NCBI GenBank assembly: GCA_963801165.1
Contig: CAWDDT010000004.1
Span: 352,001-416,000, forward strand
Length of the DNA stretch: 64,000 bases
Source: an uncultured bacterium
GTDB taxonomy: Bacteria; Actinomycetota; Acidimicrobiia; Spongiisociales; UBA5794
Direction of reading: 5' to 3'
Both the position numbers and the translations under genes were made by a program. Below, in pieces: positions 28,984-41,736 of the stretch (position 1 is its first letter; every line of letters starts with the position of its first letter). The notes beneath the pieces are model-generated. The model made no database searches, was not told the DNA's origin, and saw only the letters and a program-made list of their open reading frames with translations.

Positions 28984-30666
28984 GTGATTCCGGTATTGCT
29001 CGCTGCCGGAGAGGTGGCCCCGAGCGGCGTGCTCAATGTCGAGATCTGGGCCGTCGTTCTGATTGCTATCGCCACCGTGGTAGCCATGGTCGCCCGGTTG
29101 GTCAAGGCGCCGTTCACCGTGCTCCTGGTGGTGGCCGGTCTTGCCATGGCTGCGTTCACCCGCACCGACATCATCATCTCGAAAGACCTGATCCTTGGTG
29201 TCTTTGTCCCGCCACTGGTTTTCGAGGCGACCATGCACTTACCGTGGCGGCGGCTTCGCGTCGACCTGGCTTCGATCATCACTCTTGCGGTTGCCGGGAC
29301 GTTGATCGGCACATTCGTTGTCGGTGCCATCGTTCGCCCGATGCTCGATGTGCCGTGGGCCGCAGCGCTTGCGTTCGGTGCGCTTATCTCGGCGACGGAT
29401 CCGGTTGCCGTCATCGCGCTGTTCCGAAGCCTCGGTGTCAGCAAGCGGCTGACCACCCTGGTGGAGGGGGAGAGCCTATTCAACGACGGCGCCGCCATCG
29501 TCATCTTCAACCTGGCGGTGGCGTCGGCGGTCGCAGGTACCGGCGGCTTCAGCCTCGGTGGGGCAATCTGGGATTTCGTCTCGGTCGCCTTCGGAGGATT
29601 GGCGGTCGGGCTCGTCCTCGGCTACATCGTCTCCAACGTCGTGCTGAAGAACCTCGACGATCACCTCGTCGAAACCGCGGTCACCGTGGCACTCGCTTTC
29701 GGGTCGTATCTGATCGCCGAGGAGTTCGGGGTGCTCGTGGGCATCGACGACCTGCACCTGAGCGGGATCCTCGCGGTGGTCGCCGCCGGTCTCGTCGTCG
29801 GCGATATCGGGCTCCGCAATACGTCCCCTCCAACCCGGCTCACCTTGGAGAACTTCTGGGAATTCTTGTCCTTCACGGTCAACTCCTTCGTCTTCCTGCT
29901 CATTGGTCTCCGCATCGACGTGCGCGATCTCGCCGGTCACGCCGATGCGGTGGTCATCGCCGTGGTTGCGATCCTGCTGGCGCGGGCGGTGATCGTCTAC
30001 GGGACGATGCTGGTGCAGAACAGGATCCGGGCGACCGAGTACGTGCCCGGCTCCTATCAGCACGTGCTCTACTGGGGAGGGCTGCGGGGGGCGGTGAGCC
30101 TGGCCCTGGCGCTGACGTTGTCGAGCTCTTTCGACAGCGATGTCGCCGGCGTATTGGAGCTAGCGACCTTTGGCGTTGTGCTGTTTACGCTCCTGGTGCA
30201 GGGCACGACGATAACCACGGTCGTCAAGCGGCTAGGTCTCGGGCGCCAGTCTCCCCTCCTGACAGACCAGCAGCGGCATCAGGCGTCGATCTACAGCAAG
30301 CGAGCGGGGCGTCGCGAACTGGAGCGACTACGCCGGGAGGGGGTTGTCCTGCCCCAGCTCTGGGCACCTCTCGACCGCCTGTACGAGGACGAGATCGCCT
30401 CTCATCGCCGGGTACTCGACCGCCACTTCCAGGACAATCCAGGTCTGGAAACAGCGATGTTCCTGCAAGCCAGATCCAACGCCCTCAACGCGGAGCGCAG
30501 CGCCGCGTTCGACGCAGCACGACGTGGTCTGATCAGTTCCGAGATAGCTCGGGACGTGTCGAATGAGCTGGCCAATCGACTGGCAGCCCTGGAGTTTCTG
30601 CGGTCACGGCTGGGGACCGCGCAGCAGATCGAGACCGAGCCGGATTCAGACGGGGACGGCTCGTGA
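28984..30666 (+). CDS. CPA1 family Na+/H+ antiporter
   Basis: SATDPVAV, EGESLFNDG, WGGLRGAVSLALAL; multiple TM segments. Confidence 0.93.
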   Translation: MIPVLLAAGEVAPSGVLNVEIWAVVLIAIATVVAMVARLVKAPFTVLLVVAGLAMAAFTRTDIIISKDLILGVFVPPLVFEATMHLPWRRLRVDLASIITLAVAGTLIGTFVVGAIVRPMLDVPWAAALAFGALISATDPVAVIALFRSLGVSKRLTTLVEGESLFNDGAAIVIFNLAVASAVAGTGGFSLGGAIWDFVSVAFGGLAVGLVLGYIVSNVVLKNLDDHLVETAVTVALAFGSYLIAEEFGVLVGIDDLHLSGILAVVAAGLVVGDIGLRNTSPPTRLTLENFWEFLSFTVNSFVFLLIGLRIDVRDLAGHADAVVIAVVAILLARAVIVYGTMLVQNRIRATEYVPGSYQHVLYWGGLRGAVSLALALTLSSSFDSDVAGVLELATFGVVLFTLLVQGTTITTVVKRLGLGRQSPLLTDQQRHQASIYSKRAGRRELERLRREGVVLPQLWAPLDRLYEDEIASHRRVLDRHFQDNPGLETAMFLQARSNALNAERSAAFDAARRGLISSEIARDVSNELANRLAALEFLRSRLGTAQQIETEPDSDGDGS

Positions 30667-31103
30667 CCCGGATCGTGTGTGCCACCAACGCCGGAGGAGC
30701 ATCCCGGGCAATGCACATCGCCGCCTTCCGCCGAGCCGCAGAAGCAGGCAGCTCCCTCACCTTCCTCCACGTACTCGGTGGTCAGGACTTCGACGAGCAG
30801 CCGGAACGGATGCGTGCCGCCATCCAGACGGAGATGGAATGGCTATTGCATGTGCTGGTCCGGGTGGCGCAGGATCGGAGCGAGGCATCCGATGTGCCGG
30901 TTTCGGTCGTCGTTCGCATCGGCGACCCGGCCGCGACGATCCTCGAAGTGGTCCAAGAGATCGAACCAGAGATGCTGCTGGTTGGTGTTCCCCGGGAGGG
31001 TGGCGCAAGCGTCTTCCACGACACGAGGTTCAATCACTTCGTAGCCCGCGTCGAAGAGCTGGGTGTGCGAATCGAGATCGTGTCGACAAAGCCTGGTGCG
31101 TAG
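30663..31103 (+). CDS. Universal stress protein
   Basis: RIVCATN, LTFLHV, GDPAATIL, MLLVG; GTGA-coupled to the antiporter. Confidence 0.75.
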   Translation: MTRIVCATNAGGASRAMHIAAFRRAAEAGSSLTFLHVLGGQDFDEQPERMRAAIQTEMEWLLHVLVRVAQDRSEASDVPVSVVVRIGDPAATILEVVQEIEPEMLLVGVPREGGASVFHDTRFNHFVARVEELGVRIEIVSTKPGA

Positions 31104-31114
31104 GCAGCGCGGGC

Positions 31115-31591
31115 CTAATTCGCAAGACGTTGGTACGCCTCGATGAAGGTATCGGGATCGGCGAGCTTCGCAGCTTCCATGATCGCACCAGAGCCGTCGG
31201 AGAACTCGAAGACCATCTTGGTGGCGAGCTTGCCTTTGTCGTGGCTGATCGAGACGAGGTTGTCGAGGGGGATTGCCAACTCGAGACCCTTGGGTTTGCC
31301 GCTCAGCTGCGAATGTCCCCAGATGAGGAAACGCTTCGAGGTCAAGCCGATCACGTGACGCTTGTTGCCGAGCTGTGCGCCGATGCCGGTATCGGTGCTG
31401 ATCTCCATGACGTCACGTTTCTTCTCCTGGTTGCGTGTCACCGCAACGAGACCGGCGATCCCTCCGAGCTGCGCGCCGAGAGCGCGCCCCATAGCCCCGG
31501 CCGGCTGCACGAACACCCCGGCCTCCAACTGCTCGTCGGGCTGGAGATCGCTGCCGCACGTTTTCTCGATTTTCTTCTTCCAGTCGATCAT
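31115..31591 (-). CDS. Hypothetical protein (possible bacterial PH-like domain)
   Basis: Coherent ORF with RBS; IGLTSKRFLI pattern. Confidence 0.6.
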   Translation of the reverse strand: MIDWKKKIEKTCGSDLQPDEQLEAGVFVQPAGAMGRALGAQLGGIAGLVAVTRNQEKKRDVMEISTDTGIGAQLGNKRHVIGLTSKRFLIWGHSQLSGKPKGLELAIPLDNLVSISHDKGKLATKMVFEFSDGSGAIMEAAKLADPDTFIEAYQRLAN

Positions 31592-31671
31592 GCGACTCCC
31601 CTCGGAAACGTTGAGGCGGGAACTTAGCAAATCTGGTTTGCATCTGCTGGATCCGCCAACGTGTCTGCGGG

Positions 31672-33324
31672 TCAGCCGCCCAAGGCAGCGGTCACCAGTT
31701 CCCGTGCCGCCGTCTGGACCTCGGCCAGATGTTCGGCGCCCTTGAAGCTCTCGGCGTAGATCTTGTAGACATCCTCGGTTCCCGAGGGGCGGGCGGCGAA
31801 CCAGGCGCTTTCAGTGGTTACCTTGAGCCCGCCGATCGCGGCCCCATTCCCGGGCGCTGCGGTGAGCACGTTGGTGATCGGCTCGCCCGCCAGTTCCGCG
31901 GCGGTCACCTGATCGGGGGACAGCTTGCCCAACACGGCCTTTTGTTCCCGGGTCGCCGGGGCGTCGATTCGGGCATAGGCCGGCTCGCCGTAGCGCTCGG
32001 TCATCTCCCGGTACAGCTCAGAAGGGCTGTTCCCGGTCACGGCCAGGATCTCCGACGCCAGCAGGGCGAGCAGGATGCCGTCCTTGTCGGTAGTCCACAC
32101 CGATCCGTCTTTGCGCAAGAATGACGCGCCGGCCGACTCCTCACCGCCAAACCCGATCGAACCGTCGAGCAGGCCGGGGACGAACCACTTGAACCCGACC
32201 GGGACCTCGATGAGCCGGCGCCCTAGCCCCTTGGCGACCCGGTCGATCATTGACGACGACACCAGCGTCTTGCCGATGGCTGTGTCGTCCCGCCAGCCGG
32301 GCCGGTGTGAGTACAGGTACTCGATGGCCACGGCAAGGAAGTGGTTCGGGTTCATCAAACCGGCGTCCGGGGTCACGATCCCATGTCTGTCGGAGTCGGC
32401 ATCGTTACCGGTGGAGATCTGGAACGCGTCCCGGTTGGCGATCAGCGACGCCATGGCGCTCGGCGATGAGCAGTCCATCCGGATCTTGCCGTCCCAATCA
32501 AGGGTCATGAACCGCCAGGTCGCGTCGACGAGCGGGTTGATCACTGTCAGGTCGAGCCGGTGTGTCTCGGCGATCCGGCCCCAATAGTCGACGCTGGCGC
32601 CACCCAGTGGGTCGGCGCCGATATGGATCCCGGCGTCCCGGATCGCATCGAGGTTGAGGACCGAGATGAGATCGGCCACATAACCGTTGCAGAAGTCGTA
32701 CGTGAGCGTGGTCTCGGCGGCCAGCGCTGTTGCCAGGGACACCCGGTTTACGCCCCGGTTGCCGGAAGCCAGCAACTCGTTGGCTCGGGCGGCGATCCAG
32801 CCGGTGGCGTCGGTGTCCGCCGGGCCACCGTGCGGAGGGTTGTACTTGAAGCCACCGTCACCGGGCGGGTTGTGCGATGGGGTGACGACGATGCCGTCCG
32901 CCTCCCCGCCGCCACCAGAGCCGGTGTGCTCCCGGTTGTGGGTGAGGATGGCGTGGCTCACCGCCGGGGTCGGCGTGTAGCGACCGTCGACGTCGACAAA
33001 CACGGTTACGTCGTTGCCGGCCAGCACCTCGAGCGCCGTCGCCCACGCCGGTTCCGACAGACCGTGGGTGTCGCGGCCGATGAACAGAGGCCCGTTGATT
33101 CCCTGGCTAGACCGGTACTCGCAGATGGCCTGGGTGGTCGCCGCGATATGTGCTTCGTTGAAGGAGCCGTTGAGACTCGAGCCGCGATGACCGGACGTGC
33201 CGAAAGCGACTCGCTGCGCCGGATCCTCCGGGTCGGGTGCGATGGTGTAGTAGGCCGTGATCAGGTGCGGGACGTCTACGAGGTCATCCGGTTGGGCAGG
33301 GGTTCCGGCGCGTTCGTGAGCCAT
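31672..33324 (-). CDS. pgm: Phosphoglucomutase
   Basis: [34 protein letters not shown]. Confidence 0.96.
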   Translation of the reverse strand: MAHERAGTPAQPDDLVDVPHLITAYYTIAPDPEDPAQRVAFGTSGHRGSSLNGSFNEAHIAATTQAICEYRSSQGINGPLFIGRDTHGLSEPAWATALEVLAGNDVTVFVDVDGRYTPTPAVSHAILTHNREHTGSGGGGEADGIVVTPSHNPPGDGGFKYNPPHGGPADTDATGWIAARANELLASGNRGVNRVSLATALAAETTLTYDFCNGYVADLISVLNLDAIRDAGIHIGADPLGGASVDYWGRIAETHRLDLTVINPLVDATWRFMTLDWDGKIRMDCSSPSAMASLIANRDAFQISTGNDADSDRHGIVTPDAGLMNPNHFLAVAIEYLYSHRPGWRDDTAIGKTLVSSSMIDRVAKGLGRRLIEVPVGFKWFVPGLLDGSIGFGGEESAGASFLRKDGSVWTTDKDGILLALLASEILAVTGNSPSELYREMTERYGEPAYARIDAPATREQKAVLGKLSPDQVTAAELAGEPITNVLTAAPGNGAAIGGLKVTTESAWFAARPSGTEDVYKIYAESFKGAEHLAEVQTAARELVTAALGG

Positions 33325-33386
33325 GGCTCCAATCCTTTTGGCTGGTAGCCGATGATAGGGATTGGCCCGGCCGCAGCGGGCGGCCC

Positions 33387-34550
33387 TCAGTTGGTGGCGA
33401 GCTCCAACACCAGCGGGCTGCGGAACGTCGACGACGGCATCCAGGGCAAGTCTTCGTGGACCCGACGGTACTCGGGTACTACGTCGTGGAACTCTTTCAT
33501 GGCGATCTTGACCGACATGCGGGCGATGGTGGTGCCCAGACAGATATGGGTGCCGCCGCCAAAGCCGACATGGCCCTTGGTGCTCCGGTCGATGTCGTAC
33601 ACATCCGCGTCGGGGTACTGCCGCTCGTCACGATTCGCCGATCCGTAGGCGAGACAGACGAAGTCTCCCATCTTCATGCTCTGGCCATGCATCGTGTGGT
33701 CCCGGGTGAGCCGGCGCTTGAATCGCTGCGCCGAGGTGTTGTAGCGCAGCGACTCTTCCATGGCGGGGCGCAGCAGGTCGGGGTTCTCGACACAGCGCCG
33801 CCGGGCGTCGGGGAAATCGGCCAGATTGAGGGCAAACATGGACATAAACCCACCGAGTGACTCGACCCCGGCCATGATCAGCGTGGTCGTGGTGAGCAAT
33901 ACCTCTCGCTCATCGAGACGGTCGCCGTCGATCTCGGCCTCGGCGAAGTGGGTGATCAGGTCGTCGTGTGGGTGCTTCTGACGCTCCGCGATCACCACCG
34001 CCGCATAGTCCTTCACCCATTCGAAGGCGGCGATGTGCTCGGGGCCTTTGTCGCGGGTCACCGGATCGTTCTGGACCATGAGCACGGCCTTCTGGCGAAC
34101 GATCTCCTCGTCCTCCATCGGGATACCGAGCACGGCGAACAGCACGCGGACGGTGAATTTCGAGGAGAAGTCGAGTATGAAATCGAATCGGTCGCGGTCC
34201 CGCACCGATTCGGCGGCGTTGCGGGCGATCGCCTCGATATCCGGGGTGAGGCTGTTGAGGTTGCGGCGCACGAACGCATGTTGGATCAGACCACGTAGCC
34301 GGTCGTGGTGGGGCGGGTCGGTGGTTCCCAGGGTGGCGCCGGCCCGGTTGGGAAACTCGGTCATCATGTTTCCGTGCGCCGACGAGAAGGTCCCGGGGTC
34401 GCTGAGCGCTCCGACGACGTCCGCATAGCGGGAGAGAACCCACATCCCGGCTTCCTCGCTCCAGAAGCACGGGTATTCGTCGCGTAACGTGCGGTAGGCC
34501 GGGAACGGATCCACGTCTATCTCGGGTGCGAATGGATCAAATCGGAACAT
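33387..34550 (-). CDS. Cytochrome P450
   Basis: DPP.H.RLR, I-helix AGVES, EESLR, heme motif [10 protein letters not shown]. Confidence 0.95.
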   Translation of the reverse strand: MFRFDPFAPEIDVDPFPAYRTLRDEYPCFWSEEAGMWVLSRYADVVGALSDPGTFSSAHGNMMTEFPNRAGATLGTTDPPHHDRLRGLIQHAFVRRNLNSLTPDIEAIARNAAESVRDRDRFDFILDFSSKFTVRVLFAVLGIPMEDEEIVRQKAVLMVQNDPVTRDKGPEHIAAFEWVKDYAAVVIAERQKHPHDDLITHFAEAEIDGDRLDEREVLLTTTTLIMAGVESLGGFMSMFALNLADFPDARRRCVENPDLLRPAMEESLRYNTSAQRFKRRLTRDHTMHGQSMKMGDFVCLAYGSANRDERQYPDADVYDIDRSTKGHVGFGGGTHICLGTTIARMSVKIAMKEFHDVVPEYRRVHEDLPWMPSSTFRSPLVLELATN

Positions 34551-34629
34551 GCGGGGAGGGTAGGAGCAGCCAGGGTGTGAATAAAGGGACGATCGAGCCT
34601 TACCCGGGTACTTTCCCGGCAATGGCTCG

Positions 34630-35523
34630 TCACATCGGCTGGTGGAACCTGCGGAACTCGTTTGGCGTGGTCCCGGTTCGGCGTCTGAAGAACCGGGAGA
34701 AGTAGGAGGGGTCGACGAAGCCGAGCTCCGTCGCAAGCCGGTGGACGGGTACCGCGGTGTAGATCAGACGCCGCCGCGCCTCGAGCTCGAGCCTCCCCTG
34801 AACGATCTCGAAGGCGGTGACACCCGCGACGGCCCGGCAGACACGGTTGAGCGAGCTCTCCGACATGTGCAGCAGGTCGGCATACCGGCCGAGTGGCCAA
34901 TGGTCGGCATAGTGATCCTCCACGGCTGCCCGAAACTCGCGGAACCGGTCGTGAGGGCGCCGCCGCACCGACAGAGCATCGATGGTGTCGACCTTTCTGG
35001 CCAGGATCGTGAGGATCACCAAAACGATGGATTCCATGATCGGCACTCTTCCCGTGTCGACGGCCTCGTGCTCACGGAACAGCTCCTCACAGAGGACCCG
35101 CAGCCTGGGGACGACTGCGTCGCCGGTGTCGAGCGCAAGGGTGAGTCCGTTGACGAACAGCCTCTCCCTGATCCACCGTCCCATCGCCATAGTCTCGAGC
35201 CTGTCGTCGGCGACGGTGATGACGAAACCGGCGCTCTCATACACAAAATCGAACGAATGAACCACACCCGGTGGCGTGGTGATGACCGCCGGGGCAGGTA
35301 GATCGCGTGTTGTCTCATCGAGCGAGACGTGGACCGCCCCGTCGAGCACGAGCATCACCTGCGCCAGCCCCGGGTGCTTGTGCGGATCGATCAACCAGTC
35401 GAACAGCTCGCTGCGGCTTCGTATCCGCTCGATGTGGAGGAAATCTACGACATGGGCGGTCGGCTCACCGTAGAGCGAGTGGACCGGCACCGTGTCGGCT
35501 CTTCTGGTTCGTTTGGGGTTCAT
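34630..35523 (-). CDS. AraC family regulator (PobR-like)
   Basis: LYGE...LHIERI, PHKH cupin, LGFVDPSYFSRFFRR.TG. Confidence 0.9.
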   Translation of the reverse strand: MNPKRTRRADTVPVHSLYGEPTAHVVDFLHIERIRSRSELFDWLIDPHKHPGLAQVMLVLDGAVHVSLDETTRDLPAPAVITTPPGVVHSFDFVYESAGFVITVADDRLETMAMGRWIRERLFVNGLTLALDTGDAVVPRLRVLCEELFREHEAVDTGRVPIMESIVLVILTILARKVDTIDALSVRRRPHDRFREFRAAVEDHYADHWPLGRYADLLHMSESSLNRVCRAVAGVTAFEIVQGRLELEARRRLIYTAVPVHRLATELGFVDPSYFSRFFRRRTGTTPNEFRRFHQPM

Positions 35524-35695
35524 GTCGCCGCGTTGTTGCATACGGTGGCCCAATCCGGGACCACTAGTTTGACGGGATAGTACCGGAACTGGCCCGAATC
35601 GTCCTTCACCAACGTCCGGTTTGGCGCGTACGATTCCCCCGTACCCAAAATCAGGTCCCCTTACATAGGGGCTGACCCGGGAAGGAGGCTCGGCG

Positions 35696-36097
35696 GTGAG
35701 TTGGAAGAAGCATGAGTACGAGGAGATCCCGGGCACGTACGTGTTCGATGGGAAGACGTCTCATTCGTCGTATGGCCTGAACAAGCTGTTCTACTCGTTC
35801 AATCAGGCCGAGAACCGGCAGGCCTTCGCCGAGGATCCGGCGGGGTATGCGGATCGCTTTGATCTGACCGACGAGCAGCGGCAGGCCCTGCTGTCGGGTG
35901 ATTTTCTGACGCTGTTGAAGATGGGAGCGAACATCTACTACCTGGCGAAGCTGGCGATTCCCTCGGGGACGTCCGTCCAGGATGCGGGTGCGTCGTTCCA
36001 CGGGATATCGACCGAGGAGTTCAAAGGGTTGCTACAGGGCAATGCGGAGGGTTTCCAGGAGAAACTCCGAGACGCTGGAGGTTTTTGGAATGGCTAG
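35696..36097 (+). CDS. LigA-type extradiol dioxygenase alpha subunit (protocatechuate 4,5-dioxygenase-like)
   Basis: IPGTYVFD, Y.LNK...S, NR.AF, GANIYYLAKL. Confidence 0.88.
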   Translation: MSWKKHEYEEIPGTYVFDGKTSHSSYGLNKLFYSFNQAENRQAFAEDPAGYADRFDLTDEQRQALLSGDFLTLLKMGANIYYLAKLAIPSGTSVQDAGASFHGISTEEFKGLLQGNAEGFQEKLRDAGGFWNG

Positions 36098-36932
36098 AGT
36101 CGTTGGTGGCATCACCACCTCCCACATACCGGCGGTCGGTAACGCTCTCGCCGACCCATCGAAACGAAACGATCCCTACTGGAAGCGCTTCTTCGACGGC
36201 TACGGGCCTGCCAAGGAGTGGCTCGCCAAGGTGCAGCCCGACGTGGCAATCGTCGTCTACAACGACCACGGGCTCAACTTCTTCCTCAACACCATCCCGA
36301 CGTTCGCAATCGGCTGCGCCGACGAATACAAGACCGCAGATGAGGGATGGGCGCTGCCACAACTCGAAGTGTTCCCCGGCGACGCCCAACTCTCCTGGCA
36401 TATCACCGAGTCGCTGATCGAGCAGGAGTTCGACATCACCATGTGTCAGGAGATGTTGGTCGACCACGGGTTCGTGGTTCCGATGCAGCTGATGTGGGGT
36501 GACGTCGACGGCTGGCCGGTCAGAGCGATCCCGTTTGCGGTCAACACGGTCCAGCATCCCCTGCCGACGGCGCGGCGTCTCTACGGGCTCGGGCATGCCC
36601 TGCGCAAGGCAGTCGAGTCGTATCCGGAAGACCTGAAGGTCGTCGTTCTCGGCACCGGTGGCATGTCGCACCAGTTGCAGGGGGAGCGTTCCGGGTTGAT
36701 CAACGTCGACTACGACCTCGCCTGCATCGACAGCATCATCAACGACCCGGATTGGCTCGTCAGCCAAACCAACAGCGAGATCATCGAGCAGGCAGGAACC
36801 GAAGGCGTCGAGGTGATCATGTGGCTCGCCATGCGGGGAGCGCTCCACTCCAACGTCACCGCGGTCCACAAGCACTACCACGCCCCGATCTCCAACACCG
36901 GCGCAGGCGTGCTCGTTCTCGAGAACACGTGA
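36090..36932 (+). CDS. LigB-type class III extradiol dioxygenase beta subunit
   Basis: TSHIP, YNDH, VDHG, GTGGMSHQLQGER, GTEGVE. Confidence 0.92.
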   Translation: MARVVGGITTSHIPAVGNALADPSKRNDPYWKRFFDGYGPAKEWLAKVQPDVAIVVYNDHGLNFFLNTIPTFAIGCADEYKTADEGWALPQLEVFPGDAQLSWHITESLIEQEFDITMCQEMLVDHGFVVPMQLMWGDVDGWPVRAIPFAVNTVQHPLPTARRLYGLGHALRKAVESYPEDLKVVVLGTGGMSHQLQGERSGLINVDYDLACIDSIINDPDWLVSQTNSEIIEQAGTEGVEVIMWLAMRGALHSNVTAVHKHYHAPISNTGAGVLVLENT

Positions 36933-36950
36933 TCTCGAGGGCCGCCCAGC

Positions 36951-37949
36951 TCAGGAGCGGTGGCGAGCGATGTCGACCCGCTCCAGCAGGTAGCGGTCGA
37001 GGTTGCGGATGATCGGTGTGAGGTCATTCTCCGGGATCCGGGCGGCCGCCTTCTCCGACGCGCGCATCCGCTCGGTCGCCTCATCGAGTACCCGGTCGGC
37101 AAACCCGCCTTCGATGACGAGCCGGATCACCCGATCGATGGTGCCCGGCTCGTAGGGGGCACCCCCGCCGAGTAGACCCCGGATCTCGGCACCGTCGGGG
37201 CCGTCTGCGGCGTACAGGAGTGGCAGTGTGAATGTCCCCTCGCCGATATCGCTGCCGGCCGGTTTGCCGAGCCATTGCTCGTCGGCGACGAAATCGAGAA
37301 CGTCGTCGGCGAGTTGGAAGACGAGACCCATCTCCCAGGCCCAGTCGCTGATGGCATCGATGGTCTCTCGTCCGGCACCGCCGGTCATCGCCCCGAGCCG
37401 TGCCGAGGTGCGGATCAGGCTGGCGGTTTTGCCCCCGATCACGGAGTAGTAATCATCGGGACCGTGGTCGAGATCGTTGGCAAGCCGGAGCTCCATGACC
37501 TGACCTTCGCACAGTGTCGCGTAGGTTCTGGCGATCAGCTCCACGGCCTCGGTGCCGAGCGGGGCGGCCACCTCGGAAGCGCGGGCGAGCAGGAAATCCC
37601 CGGCCAGGATTGCGACGGTGTTGTTCCAGTTCTCATTGACCGAGACCGTACCCCGCCTGGTCTCGGCTTCGTCGATGACGTCGTCGTGGTAGAGCGAACC
37701 GAGATGCACCAACTCCACGGCCACACCGGCTTCGACCGGCTCCGGCCCGTCCCTGCCACCCAGCTCAGCGGCCACCTGAGCGAGCAGCGGGCGATAACGC
37801 TTGCCGCCCGCTGCCAGGCCGTGTTGGGCGATCTGGGTCAGAAACTCGTCGTCCGCGGTCGTGACTTCGAGCAACCGATGCTCCACGTCGGTCATTCGTC
37901 TCCACACGCGGGGCACGGGAACGAGATCCTGGAGAATGGGACTGTCCAT
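36951..37949 (-). CDS. Polyprenyl diphosphate synthase
   Basis: GGKRYRP, YHDDVIDE, FQLADDVLD. Confidence 0.93.
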   Translation of the reverse strand: MDSPILQDLVPVPRVWRRMTDVEHRLLEVTTADDEFLTQIAQHGLAAGGKRYRPLLAQVAAELGGRDGPEPVEAGVAVELVHLGSLYHDDVIDEAETRRGTVSVNENWNNTVAILAGDFLLARASEVAAPLGTEAVELIARTYATLCEGQVMELRLANDLDHGPDDYYSVIGGKTASLIRTSARLGAMTGGAGRETIDAISDWAWEMGLVFQLADDVLDFVADEQWLGKPAGSDIGEGTFTLPLLYAADGPDGAEIRGLLGGGAPYEPGTIDRVIRLVIEGGFADRVLDEATERMRASEKAAARIPENDLTPIIRNLDRYLLERVDIARHRS

Positions 37950-38182
37950 GTGAACACGGATAGTAGTCCTCCGCTTGGGGATGGCTCCCATCGGGTCATC
38001 GCCGTCGCTACAGACACATATCTGGATTACAGTCGGTAGTCCAGTTGTTGTTCTACTAATGACAATCAGAATGCGGCCGATGTTCCGAGTAGCGTTGGTC
38101 GCGGGGTCGGGGGCGTGTCACCGGCCTTAGCTATACTCCGAGAGGCGCACGGCAAACCGGGCGTCGACTTTAGAGGTGAAGA

Positions 38183-40699
<2,517 letters not shown>

Positions 40700-40720
40700 C
40701 GCACAAGTCAATACGATTCG

Positions 40721-40752
40721 AGAGCCGGCGGTGAAGATCGCCGGCTCTTTCT
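40721..40752 (+). terminator. Intrinsic terminator after clpC
   Basis: agagccggcg...cgccggctct followed by ttct. Confidence 0.7.
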
Positions 40753-40831
40753 GTCCGCGCTTCTCGAGTGGCAGTACAGTCACTCAGGCAGACCCATCAG
40801 TCTGGGTCGAGCGTCGCCGTCACCGATGTGA

Positions 40832-41650
40832 ATGGAACTGGGGATGAGCAGACGAAGCCTGGTTGCTGCACTTGCCGGTGTGGTCGTGGTTGTTGGCGTG
40901 CTCGCCCTTGCGTTGATGCTCACGAGGAGCCACACGACTGTGATCGATGCCGACCAGGCGCGCGCTGCGGCCACTACGAGCATCACCTCGTCTTCGGTGG
41001 TGACTGCGACGACGTTGGTGGGCGGGACTCCCACGGCTCCGCAGACGGGTGGCGATGTCGTCGTCTACGTGTATGCCATGTCCGGTCACGAGGAGATCGA
41101 CGCGCTCGCCGGCGCGAAACACAAGTATCCGTCCGAGACCTATCTCACCATCCGGTTGGGTGGGTGCGGCCAGATGTGGCGCTGGCAGGCCATCGAGGAG
41201 CGCTGGTCGGCGTGGGAGGTGTGCGACCCGCAGCACGTGACCGTCGCCGGGTTCGACTCGTTCAACAAGTGGTTCGGTGTTGAAGACCTCCAGCACTATC
41301 GCTGCGACGGGCCGGCACCGTATCTGCCCCCGACCCCGGACACGGACACCTGGACGTTCGTGTGCTCGACCGACAGCATCCAGCAGGCTACGACGGCCGA
41401 GGTGGTTGGGATGGAGACAATCGATGTCGGCGGCGAGCCGGTCGACACGGTCCACATCCACTACGTGGACACGCTTTCCGGCGACAGCACGGGGGGCAGC
41501 GAGACCGACCGCTGGGTCCGCCCGGGCGATCCGCTCGTGATCAAGGAGGCCGGCTCGACGGCGAGCGCCAGCACCAGCCCCATCGGCACGGTGAACTACA
41601 CCGAGGAGTACGAGATAAGCATCGAGTCGTTGGATCCCCTGACGCAGTGA
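40832..41650 (+). CDS. Hypothetical membrane-anchored/secreted protein
   Basis: N-terminal TM, Thr/Ser linker, beta-rich domain with four Cys. Confidence 0.65.
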   Translation: MELGMSRRSLVAALAGVVVVVGVLALALMLTRSHTTVIDADQARAAATTSITSSSVVTATTLVGGTPTAPQTGGDVVVYVYAMSGHEEIDALAGAKHKYPSETYLTIRLGGCGQMWRWQAIEERWSAWEVCDPQHVTVAGFDSFNKWFGVEDLQHYRCDGPAPYLPPTPDTDTWTFVCSTDSIQQATTAEVVGMETIDVGGEPVDTVHIHYVDTLSGDSTGGSETDRWVRPGDPLVIKEAGSTASASTSPIGTVNYTEEYEISIESLDPLTQ

Positions 41651-41663
41651 TCACGATTCCCTC

Positions 41664-41716
41664 TTGACAAATGGCTGAACAGCGTTAAGTTAACACCGAT
41701 CACTTAACATCGTTCA
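41664..41716 (+). promoter_or_regulatory. Sigma70-type promoter overlapped by three 13-bp palindromic operator-like repeats
   Basis: TTGACA 41664; TGAACAGCGTTAA / TTAACACCGATCA / TTAACATCGTTCA at 14-bp period. Confidence 0.65.
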
Positions 41717-41736
41717 CTCAGAGGGAGGGAACCATC

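Noticed and set aside
38116-38137. RecA-NDp-like motif upstream of clpC (TGTCAC-N10-TATACT)
   Set aside because: Two mismatches in the hexamer; may be only an ordinary -10 box
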